Source of the DNA: Diplonema japonicum
Taxonomy: Eukaryota; Protista; Euglenozoa: Diplonemea
Length of the DNA stretch: 64,000 nt
Direction of reading: 5' to 3'
NCBI GenBank assembly: GCA_964019335.1
Contig: OZ025679.1
Span: 372,001-436,000 of the forward strand
This document shows, one piece after another, positions 12,599-22,461 of this stretch (within the stretch, counting starts at the first letter, position 1; the number at the start of each line of letters is the position of its first letter). Both the position numbers and the translations under genes were made by a program. The notes under the pieces were generated by a model. It was not told the origin of the DNA, searched no databases, and saw nothing but the letters and a program-made list of their open reading frames with translations.

Positions 12599-13189
12599 AA
12601 ACAAAACAAAAAAAAAAAAGATATGAGGAGAGGGGAGGGTAATTTCTGTATTATTTTTTATTCTTTTTCAAAAAAAAAAAAAAAAAAAAGGAACAGTATG
12701 TTATGTTATTTTTTTTCTCTCTCTTTTTTTCTTTTTTTTTTTGTTTCAATTATGGGCTGAGTCCTATAAAAACAAGGGGATAGGTAGGGGGGGGGAAAAA
12801 AGCGTTTTTTTTTTTGCCTCCCTTCTATTATTTACCTTTTCTATTATTCTTTATTTTTTTTGTCTATTGAGTTGCTCTAATAAATGTAACTTTTTCTATT
12901 CTTAGAAGAAAAAAAAAAAGAGAGAGAAAAAAATCAAATTCAAAACAGCCCCCCTCTCCCTCCCGCGAATCCCAGCATATATCTCAGCTAGCGGAATGCA
13001 GGAAGACGTTGTCTTCCAAAAAAGGGGGGGGGGGGGAAGAAGGGGGGGAAAAAAACCAACCCTCTTTCTCTATTCTTCCTTTCTATCAGTTTTTTTTTTT
13101 TTTTTTTTTTGTTGTCACAAAAATTTTAAAAAAGAAAAAAAGAGTGGGGCGGCGGGGGGGGGGAGCAAGAAAAAAAAACCCCCACAAAA

Positions 13190-15103
13190 ATGGCGCAACA
13201 CGCAATCCGAAGTGAATTAAAGACAAAACTAGAGGAGCTGGTAAGAAATGCGATGGATACCTACTCATACGAGAACGCAATCTTCTACGCGGAGAAGCTT
13301 CTCTCCCTGGAGAAGTCCCCAGCAAGCGCGTTGCTCCTGGCAAAGGCCTACTACGGAAACGGCGAATACGCCAGAGCTCTGAACGTTTTACAACGAAACG
13401 AATTCGTCCCCGGCCAGGTAAGCCACGGTGACTGCTTCAAACGAGCGGTAATATCAAAAGAAATCGTAAACTGTGTTCTCCTTGCCGCACGCTGCCTGGA
13501 ACACCTAAAAGACTGGGCAAAATGCCTCCAAATGCTCTCCTGCTTCGACACATCCCTATCACAACAAGAACACAACTACGGCGGTGTCCAGGAAACAATC
13601 CCATTCTTCGGGTACCGAAGCGTGGTGTACTCCCTGGCAGGCCGCTGCTATGAAGAACTTGAAAAGAAACCATCGTCGCGAAACTACTATGAGAAAAGTC
13701 TACAAGAAGATCCGTTCAACTGGGAAGCTTACTACCGTTTGGTGGACGTGCACTTCCCTGCAGATGCGGACTCAAAAGGTGTACATCTCACATTAGCCCT
13801 AAACGACAACCCCACCTCGAAAATCATCAAGGATCTTTTCTCATGCAAGCTGTCATACTGGACTTCCAAAGACAGTCTTATCCCAAAGTACTCTGGTACA
13901 GAAGACGATGACTGGACAACAGAAGAAGGAACCATGATTATGCCGGAAGAGGTTCGTCTCGCACCTTATTTCGGATGGTCGAACATTTACATTCAGTACT
14001 GCCGCGCGGAGAGAATGTATTACGGGCATTATATCAACTCGGCTTACGAGGTTTCGAAACAGGTTCTTGAAGAGGATCCGTTTCACGAGCAGAGTTGTGT
14101 GGTGCATACCGCAGCGTTGGTCTCGCTGTCAAGAAAAACAGATCTTTTCCAACTCGGTCATGAAATCTCCGACAGATCACCGAACAGCTCATTGTCATGG
14201 TTTGTCGTTGGCGCCTATTACTACACAATCGAGGACTACGACAAGGCAGGGAAATATTTCTACAAAGCGACAATTGCCGGTCCATCGTTCCTACCAGCGT
14301 GGATAGCATACGGCCACACGTTTCACTCTCTGGAAGAGGGCGAGCACACTGTCACCGCCTACCGAAGCGCACAAAGAATGTTCCCCGGGTGCCACCTTGC
14401 TGCACTGTACATGGGAATGGAACACGTCAAATCAAGCAATTTACAACACGCATACTCTTTTTTAAGAATGGCCAAATCCATTTCCCAAGAACACGTCGAT
14501 CCGTTGATCTACAATGAAATGGGTGTTACGCTGTATAGGTCGAGAAAGTACGAGGCTGCAAGAGACTTGTTTTTATCAGCGATTTCCAATTCGCCAGTTA
14601 GTTCTTGGGCGGTCCGACCGGGGGTGCCTGTTACAGATGTTCAAAAGGTCATTCTTCGTGAAGAAGGTTATGAGTCGGGGCCGCATGACATCCCCAACTC
14701 AGCAAACGCGATGAGAGGCACATTTTGGGAGCCAACGATCTTCAATCTCGCGCATTGTATGCGCAAGTTGAGGTGTTACAGCGAGGCGTTGCATTACTAC
14801 TTCATATCCTTGGCCATCAAGCCTCACCAAGCGTCTGTTTTCACCGCGATCGGGTTTACTTACCACCTCATGGGGAGGCTGGATGATGCGATACAGTATT
14901 ACCATATGTCCCTGTCTGTCAAGAGTAATGACACCTTCACGCGGGACATGCTGAACAAGGCCACGAAGGACTCGTTTGCGCACGGGCACCCTTCAACAGC
15001 GTCTTCGTCGCCGCCTTCCCTGCGGCCTTCTATCCTGTCCACAACGTCGCCCCCGTTGGTCCCTGGGAGGCTTTCTTCCGCGTCGCAGAACTGGGAGGTA
15101 TGA
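13190..15103 (+). CDS. CDC16: Anaphase-promoting complex subunit 6 (Cdc16/Cut9), TPR protein
   Basis: YENAIFYAEKL, SWFVVGAYYY, PAWIAYGHTF, YRSAQRMFPGCHLAALYMGME, WEPTIFNLAHCMRKL match APC6 motifs. Confidence 0.93.
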   Translation: MAQHAIRSELKTKLEELVRNAMDTYSYENAIFYAEKLLSLEKSPASALLLAKAYYGNGEYARALNVLQRNEFVPGQVSHGDCFKRAVISKEIVNCVLLAARCLEHLKDWAKCLQMLSCFDTSLSQQEHNYGGVQETIPFFGYRSVVYSLAGRCYEELEKKPSSRNYYEKSLQEDPFNWEAYYRLVDVHFPADADSKGVHLTLALNDNPTSKIIKDLFSCKLSYWTSKDSLIPKYSGTEDDDWTTEEGTMIMPEEVRLAPYFGWSNIYIQYCRAERMYYGHYINSAYEVSKQVLEEDPFHEQSCVVHTAALVSLSRKTDLFQLGHEISDRSPNSSLSWFVVGAYYYTIEDYDKAGKYFYKATIAGPSFLPAWIAYGHTFHSLEEGEHTVTAYRSAQRMFPGCHLAALYMGMEHVKSSNLQHAYSFLRMAKSISQEHVDPLIYNEMGVTLYRSRKYEAARDLFLSAISNSPVSSWAVRPGVPVTDVQKVILREEGYESGPHDIPNSANAMRGTFWEPTIFNLAHCMRKLRCYSEALHYYFISLAIKPHQASVFTAIGFTYHLMGRLDDAIQYYHMSLSVKSNDTFTRDMLNKATKDSFAHGHPSTASSSPPSLRPSILSTTSPPLVPGRLSSASQNWEV

Positions 15104-15163
15104 GGGGAGGAGGGGGAAAAAAAAAATAGTGGGTTTCATTTGGCGGCAAGTTAAGTCGTTTTT

Positions 15164-15565
15164 ATTTCACTCTTCGTCGTTTGAGTCCATCGCTTTCAGC
15201 TTTTTTTTTGGGGGGGGGAGATTTCCCTAAGCTGTTTCGCCGTGGCATTTTAAGGGGAAGTATTCCCACTTTTAAGGGGTCTCAGATGGTCAAATATAGT
15301 CAACAAAACATTTCTCTCCACGACAAGAGTTAGGTAGTTAAATTATGGGCGTTTCGCGGAAGTTCAGCGCCATGCGATGCACTGGCAATTTCGTCTTTCT
15401 GCACAGGGAACGGGGCAGACTGGAGCAGGTTGAGGTTTGCCACGTTTTTTGACTTAACCACCACTTCCTTGCGGGCATCGTCACTTTCAGTTTTCCAATA
15501 TTCGTCGATCGTCGCGTTAAATTATGAGGCCCCTAGTGAGTGAAGATAATGACGAAGAGTGAAAT
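15164..15565. repeat. ~400-bp segment bounded by a perfect 15-bp inverted repeat (MITE-like or RNA stem)
   Basis: ATTTCACTCTTCGTC (15164-15178) is the reverse complement of GACGAAGAGTGAAAT (15551-15565). Confidence 0.6.
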
Positions 15566-15568
15566 TAA

Positions 15569-17195
15569 CCATCTACCAACGAGCGTCTTTATAGAGACGA
15601 TTTGAAAAAAAATCTTTTGCGCAAAGGGCTTTCAATGCAATGCAGCCCGGACACTTCTCGCATCCGGGGTCCTGCGCGGAAAATATGAAAAATATAAACT
15701 AAATGCTGCCCTAACTTTGCAAGAAAATGAAAGAATAAAAAAAAAAACGCCAGCCCAAATTTACCCTTAAAAATCACTTCAAAAAAGGGCACCCAGAAAG
15801 GGGCCGGAAGAGGACATTATGAGTGATGGTAGCACTGATGGCTCATCCCTATTATGCAATTTTGATACGAACAGTGATTCTGATTCGAATTCGACCGATT
15901 CCGAGTCACAGCAGGGTGATTGGACGGCAAAGCCGGAGCAGTTTGAAGGCATCCGGTTTCGTGAAGATCGGAATCCTTGTGGACCCTGTTTTGACGAGGC
16001 TCAACGCCATATTCTCCCAAATGCTCGTCCCAAACGTTATTCGGGTCATAACTTCGAACAATGTGGCAAATGCGGCTAAAAAAGGTGTTTCCCTGGATCT
16101 CGATGCTGCTTCTCTGCATACCTTCCTAGGTGCCCTTTTGTCGATGGACTTGGATATCAAGCCAGATTATTCTGACTACTGGCGCACTGGCTCCACGCCT
16201 CTCAACCACACCCCTGGGTACGCCACCGTCATGTCAAGAGACCGCTTTTTGACTATTCTGGGAAATCTGTGTTTCCACAGCGAAACAAACAAGCGTGCTG
16301 ACTTCTACCTATCGCGAAGGCCTCCCGGAGATCACGGATGCCCCAAAGAAGCGAGGCCGCAAGCCCAAGGACCCAGTTCCACCAGCACGTGAGCATCCTT
16401 TGCACCACAACGTGGCATGACATCAAGCCTGTGCGCTTTCTGTCGACGTTGGATGTTCTGGTGAAGTCAAATTTGGCGTGTCGGCCAAAAGAGAATGAAA
16501 GCCGGAGGCCCTCCAGAAAGGACATCCCGCTCCCCACCAAGTGCATATTTACAACACCGCAATGGGTGGAACCGACGCTGGGTGACGCTGTGACAAAACG
16601 CCATAAACGCACCCTTATGACTTCGAAGTGGCCCCTGAAAGTATTTTCGTACTTGTTAGATAAATCTCTGGCAAATGCCCGGCTTGTTTGGAAAGAAGCA
16701 TTGCCCCCCAACACCCTGAGTACGAACGACAGTGGATTCACGCCTTTCAAAGAGGCAGTCATCGAAGGGCTACTAGGGAGGCTGCCCAAACAACAGCAAA
16801 AGTCAACTACAGAGCAGGCTGCCCCAATACCATGCCCCGAAACACAGAACGAGTGCCCTGAGGCCCCAATGCGACGCGACAGTACCTTCTGGGACCATTT
16901 CCCCGCAACGTGCGGTGCAAGCATTGCAAGTCGAAAAGACCCCTATTTCAGTGTTCAGCCTGCTTGGTACTTTGCGTGACTCCGGGCTTCAAAGACTACC
17001 ACCTTGCCGGGGATACCCCCCAGAAACCCCTCTCGGGGTCAAAAAAGAAGTCCCCCAGCCCTGGGGCACGTACGAACCGCGTCAAGAAGGCCTTAAATAG
17101 CTTTTTATAGAATTTTACAGTCGATTTTTTTGACTTGTTTTGGAAGTTTTGAAAATTTACCCCCTGGTGGGCAAAAATGGTCCGTTGGTAGATGG
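15569..17195 (+). mobile_element. Decayed piggyBac DNA transposon
   Basis: TTAA at 15565-15568 and 17196-17199; perfect 13-bp TIRs CCATCTACCAACG / CGTTGGTAGATGG; transposase fragments inside. Confidence 0.93.
15819..17110 (+). pseudogene. Frameshifted, internally deleted piggyBac transposase
   Basis: Acidic N-terminus, FLGALLSM..YSDYW..MSRDRFLTIL, WHDIKPVRFLST, YNTAMGGTD (in another frame, ~16548) and Cys-rich RCKHC..FQCSAC..LC tail spread over several frames; first catalytic Asp region missing. Confidence 0.88.
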
Positions 17196-17722
17196 TTAAA
17201 AAAAAAAAAAAAACAGCCAATGGTCGTCGATCCCGAGCCTTTACCAGAACTGTCTTCCACACCTATCAGGCGTTTGCAGTTTCCGATCCAACAGGGGTAG
17301 AGGGAGGAGAGGGGAAATATTTTTTTTTTTAGTGTTTTTTTTTTTTATAGATTTTTTATTGATGTTTTTTTATTTGCCCCCCCCTTTTAGATTATTTTTT
17401 ATTTAATTTTTTTCGCGCCAACTTTTTAGGCACGTACAAACAACGGCCAGTTCCTCTTTTTTTATGCTGATACTATTTATTTTTTTCTCCCCTCCACATT
17501 TTTTTTTTTCAGTCCCCCCCTGTCGTAGATCGTGATGTGTGAGTGATGGCATGGTGTGGATAGGAAAACACCTTGCCTTTCCTTTTAACATAGTTCAAAT
17601 TTTTTTTTTCCTTTTATTCCTTCCCCCCCCCCTTTTTTTCCATTCATTTTCCTCCAATTTTTTTATAACCAAAAAAAACAAAAAAAAAAAGAAATATCCC
17701 CCACCCAGAGAAAGGAAAGAAA

Positions 17723-18997
17723 ATGGACTCAACGAAGAAGCCCAGCCACGTGATAAAGAAGACGAGCGAGCCGCCACCTTCGGAGTTAAGTATTTTCATC
17801 AGCGGGCTTCCGGCGAAGTGGGGGGAGGAAAGGTTGGTGGACGCGGTAGTGAGATGCTTCAGCAGGCACGGGGAGGTTTACAGCGTAGATTTGAGCGATT
17901 CTAAAACATATGGTTTTGTCAGATTTTTCTCGATGGGTTCAGTTCACAAGGCTGTCCATGCCGAGCACCCAAACCTTGAGTCTGAGGGGGACAGTGCTTA
18001 TGTTAAAGTCCGAGACACAGATGGAGCGACACCCTCAGTACTCCACATCGGGGGGTTTACAAAGGACGAGCGAGAGCAAACAAAAGCAGAAATTCGTAGC
18101 ATGATTCACCAATGGACTGGTGAAGCTACTACTAGGCTGAACCTGCCTTTGAATGAGGAAGGTACGAATAAGGGTTACTGTCTTGCCTCGTTTAAGAATT
18201 TGGACGTTGCTTCGAGGGCGTATGACAGAGTGGCAAACATGGGGAGAATGGTGTCGTGGGTGACCGAAAGAGAAGCGAACCCTCTTGCGGTGCAGGGGAA
18301 GCTCAGCAAGAGTTACTTCGAGATTTTGGAAAACCTTGGCGAAGATGTATGGGGAATTTAAAAAAAGAAAAAAAAAAAAAAAAAATACACGTACAGCCCC
18401 GACGGGAAGGGCTCCTCAAGACGCCCGCCCGAGCTGCCAAGGCCATGATGTTCTTCACCAAAGGTTACAATGAGAACATTGCCGACGTTCTCAACGGTGC
18501 GATCTTCAAGGAAGACTATAATGAGCTCGTGCTTGTCAAGGACATTGATATCTTCACCCTGTGCGAGCACCATTTGGTGCCGTTCTTCGGGAAGTGCCAC
18601 ATTGCCTATATTCCAAATGTACCCGGAAAAAAAAAAAAAAAAAAAAAAAACCACTCCTTTTAGGGTCGCGTTGTCGGTCTTTCAAAGCTTGCTAGAATAG
18701 CCGAAGTGTTTTCCAGAAGGCTGCAGGTATGTGAAAATTTAAAAAATAAAAAAATAAAAAAATAAAAAGGTGCAAGAGCGTCTCACGAAGCAAATTGCGT
18801 ACAGCATTCAAGACGCACTGCAGCCACAGGGCGTTGCCGTGGTCATTGAAGCTGCACACATGTGTATGGTCATGAGGGGGGTGCAGAAGGTTGCGGCACG
18901 GACAGTGACAAGTTGTGTGCTTGGTGTGGTGAAAAAAGATGCGCGAACCAGGCAGGAGATCTTTGGGCTCATAGGAAATGGCGGGTCGAAAATGTGA
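17723..18997 (+). CDS. GCH1: Fusion of two RRM domains with GTP cyclohydrolase I (FolE/GCH1), 4 exons, ~378 aa
   Basis: RNP2/RNP1 pairs [14 protein letters not shown] and [14 protein letters not shown]; introns 18347-18396, 18619-18663, 18727-18769 give ILENLGED|[17 protein letters not shown]...LCEHHLVPF...YIPN|[16 protein letters not shown]|VQERLT...HMCMVMRGV. Confidence 0.92.
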
Positions 18998-19228
18998 GAC
19001 TTTTTTTTTTTTTTTCTTTGTTACCCGAGAGCGATGTGGCGCAGAAACTAAAAGAAATTTGTTGCCTTCCCGTCCTTCTTTTTTTTTTTTTTCTTTTCTT
19101 TTTCCCCTTTAAAAAAAAAAAAAAAAAGAGACTACCTCTCCACCATAAGAAAAAGGGGGGGGTTTCTTTTCTTTCCTAACTTTTTTTTTTTTTTTTTTTT
19201 TTTTTACAAAATATTATCGTCGTAGGCT

Positions 19229-19740
19229 AAAAACTAGTTGATGGCAGCGTAGTGGGCTGTTTTTATTAGGTAAAAAAATACCGCTCTGTGCACGCAAGCA
19301 AAGATGTCGAAAGAAAAATTCGACGGAAAGCAAAGTGAACTGATTTTCACTAACATTACCACCACCCGGCTACCCCGCGATGTTTAGTTTACTCTCGCTC
19401 GTGCGCACATACAAAGAAGCGCCAAACTAGTTTTTTTTTTTTTTTTTTCTAATTTTTAAAATGGAGAAGCCCAGAAAGTGGGGGGGGGGGGGGGGGAGAA
19501 ATGAATGAAAAAGCCACAAAAAAAGAAGGAGTGCCCTCTCTTTTAACTCCTAGAGGGATATTAAGAAGAACAAAAGATATCCCCCCCCCCCCCCCCCCCC
19601 CAGGGCTATGTTGGCAAGGAAACGCGTTTCCTTAAGTATCTGAATAGTAAGGAAACGGATACGGAAACAGAAACGTTTCCCCGTTTCTTGCCAACATAGC
19701 TCTAGGGTATCGGAAAGCCCTCTTTTTCGTGATACAAAAC

Positions 19741-19772
<32 letters not shown>

Positions 19773-20288
19773 CAAATTTGCCAGAGAAACTATCTGGTTG
19801 GTCCGCTTGGGAATAGTTTTTCTGGCAAATTTTGAAAAATAAAATGGCGTTTGTATCACTTTTTTGATACCCCCCCCCTCACTGAGGCAAAAGAATAAAA
19901 AGTGAAAGCAAAACGTTAAAAAAGGAGAAAAAAAAAGAGTAACAGTGGTTCATCCAACCTCTTTAATTCTTTTTTTTTTTTATGAAACGCCATGTCTAAG
20001 AGGTGGCAAGGTTTATATTTTCCCCTTTTCGAAAAAAAAAAAAAAAAAAAGAAAAGTCATTCTGTGCTCTTCTCACAAGGGTACCCCTTTCGACCCTCTT
20101 TGCTGTACCAAAAGGGATTACGCGTCATGTGTGTGCGTTCTTTTTCTCTCAATTTTGCAGGCGTTTATGTTTAAGTTTTCCTCCCCCCCCCCCCCCCCAC
20201 AAACATAACAGGGAGAGAGGGAAGATGTCATAACTGTAAAATTCAAACCGAGAAGATTATCTAACACCCCCGAAAAAGGAACAAATAA

Positions 20289-20326
<38 letters not shown>

Positions 20327-20540
20327 GGAGTCTTTTGACTTGTCTGAACAAAAAAAAAGGAGGGAGAGCGTTGAAGGTAAAGCCGTGTTTACGGGCTTCG
20401 GCCAGTTCTTCTCTTGTGGGTTGTGGCGGGATTGTCGAAAAAAAGGGGAGGCCACCTGCAAAGCCCGCAGACTACGAAATATCCTTTTGCGGAGAAACAA
20501 AACACGTGCCATTCCTGCCGACATGTCCCGGATGACACCG
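19229..20540. ncRNA. Putative large structured non-coding region (nested stems); identity unknown
   Basis: Several long complementary arm pairs (19229/19435, 19602/19703, 19729/19859, 19771/19836); no credible ORF. Confidence 0.5.
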
Positions 20541-20669
20541 AAAAGAATAATAATAATAATAAAAAAAACTTTGGTTTTTTAACAGTGGAAGAAAAGAGAA
20601 AAAAAAGAAAAAGAGTTTTCCCTCCCTTTCTACAAACCTTACATAAAAAAGGAAAACACAACAAAAAAA

Positions 20670-22382
20670 ATGCCGAACCCATCTAGCCCGTCAGCCAGCC
20701 CGCGGCATTTTGAACGAGGAAGGCGTATGGATGTGATCAAAGGATTGGGTTTGGAGCCAGATGTCGAGGCCAACCTTCTAGGGCTTGCCAACGACCCAAC
20801 AGTGGTCGAGCTATTCAGAACGGTGATGCCAGATAAAGCAGGTGACGCACAGTATTTAAGAATCGCGTTAAAAAGCGTGCTGAAATATCTGCACACCAGC
20901 CTCGACGACTCGTGCGTGGAACAGTCGAAACTAGTCGCGGAGGTCGTTGAGAAGGAAAAAAAAAGACTTCAGGAAGAACACGCCGGGATCGTCTCAAGGG
21001 AGATCGAAAAAGCAATGGCAGAAACAACCCGTACCTACGAAAGAAAACTGACAAAAATGCAAAAACGGCACAACGAGGAAACAACGCGAAATGTCAATCA
21101 ACTAAAAGCCGTAAAACTCTCTTCCGACCGATCCCTGTGCACAAACCTAGTCGACTTTGAAAACGACCTCACAAAACACATCGGCCAGCTTCTTTCCACC
21201 GTTGCAACCGACTATGAAACCGCCTTCTCTGTTAAACTTTCCAAAACGGCAAACGAAAACCCACTCGCTCCACCCGAACGAATCTCGCGGTCTTTTGAAC
21301 TGGTGTCGAATCCGAGCAGCGATACATCTGATTCTGATGACAGCACGGATGAGAATAAAGATGCTTGGATCCATCTTGAACTCGCATCGCCCCAGCCTTA
21401 CCCTCTATCATGTCTTCACGATGCCGGGACTGCTATTCGGTATTGTTTGTCTGACTTCCCCCGTGTTCTATCATCTATGTGGGATCAGATTCAAAACCAG
21501 CATGCATCGCAACAAGATGATCAGCGAAAAGCGTTCAACGATAAACTCGCCTCTGCGATCGAGGCAGCCACCAGACGGCCGCCCGAATCCACGCAGGGCT
21601 CGAACACAAGTCTCAAAATGAATGAGATTTCCCAACTTTACGACGAAGTTGCCAGTTTGAAGAAACAGGTTAAAAACCTCAATAAGAAACTGGTCATGCA
21701 AGAATCCATGTTTAAAATCGCTCAGGAAAAATTGAAGAAAGCAGCGAGTGAATCAGACGCAAAGGTCGGGGTGTGTCTGTTGATAATCTCGAACACAGTT
21801 GAACGATTGAAACGGCTGGAGCCGCCTGTTGGAAAAGAAGTAGGTCTCTACCTAAACAAAATCGGCCAAGCGATGGTTCAAGACAGCAGGCCTTACGGAA
21901 AGCTCCCGCAGCATCGTGTTGTGGCCACGGAGCTTCAAGGCCTCACCTTCGAAAAGGAGAAGGAAATTGTTTACAAAGAAGTCATCCGTGAGGTACCAGC
22001 GCGTGAGACAGAACAAAAGAAATCCCGTTCGCTTCAAGAGAAGCGACCGTTGGTCAACCCTAAGCGCCCAGTACATCGTCCTGCCAGCTGTTCTGGTCTC
22101 GTTGTCACTAGTTGCACAGAACCTTCCGTTCCTTTCTACGACGACACGTTGGTGAAGCCAATTTCCTCTCCTGCCGGTACTTTTCTGTACAACATCAAGT
22201 CTTCCCAGAAGATATCCTCCGAGCCAGTCGCACCCCCTTGTCTCTCCACCGACAGAGCCCTTCTTGTGAAGCATCTCCACCTTGCTCCAAAGTTCAAGAG
22301 GATACCCCCGCCCTGCGACATCGGCCTCCCCTTTCGGGAACGACAGCAAATTCTATCCTCCGTCGTGAGGCTAATGGGGTGA
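20670..22382 (+). CDS. Hypothetical coiled-coil protein
   Basis: 570-aa ORF, ATG after A-tract, two coiled-coil stretches. Confidence 0.75.
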   Translation: MPNPSSPSASPRHFERGRRMDVIKGLGLEPDVEANLLGLANDPTVVELFRTVMPDKAGDAQYLRIALKSVLKYLHTSLDDSCVEQSKLVAEVVEKEKKRLQEEHAGIVSREIEKAMAETTRTYERKLTKMQKRHNEETTRNVNQLKAVKLSSDRSLCTNLVDFENDLTKHIGQLLSTVATDYETAFSVKLSKTANENPLAPPERISRSFELVSNPSSDTSDSDDSTDENKDAWIHLELASPQPYPLSCLHDAGTAIRYCLSDFPRVLSSMWDQIQNQHASQQDDQRKAFNDKLASAIEAATRRPPESTQGSNTSLKMNEISQLYDEVASLKKQVKNLNKKLVMQESMFKIAQEKLKKAASESDAKVGVCLLIISNTVERLKRLEPPVGKEVGLYLNKIGQAMVQDSRPYGKLPQHRVVATELQGLTFEKEKEIVYKEVIREVPARETEQKKSRSLQEKRPLVNPKRPVHRPASCSGLVVTSCTEPSVPFYDDTLVKPISSPAGTFLYNIKSSQKISSEPVAPPCLSTDRALLVKHLHLAPKFKRIPPPCDIGLPFRERQQILSSVVRLMG

Positions 22383-22461
22383 ACCATTTACATGCATACC
22401 CTATCTTTTTATAACAATCCTCATCTTTTTTTTGAGGGGTTCTGAATTTGGGTTAAAAGAA

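Noticed and set aside
15400-15432. GGAGCAGG resembling SRP RNA helix 8
   Set aside because: No CAGG-nnn-GNRA partner or Alu domain visible
19229-20540. Telomerase RNA or RNase MRP/P RNA as the identity of the structured region
   Set aside because: No CCCUAACCC template on either strand; only a partial GGAAAGCCC match and no convincing CR-V
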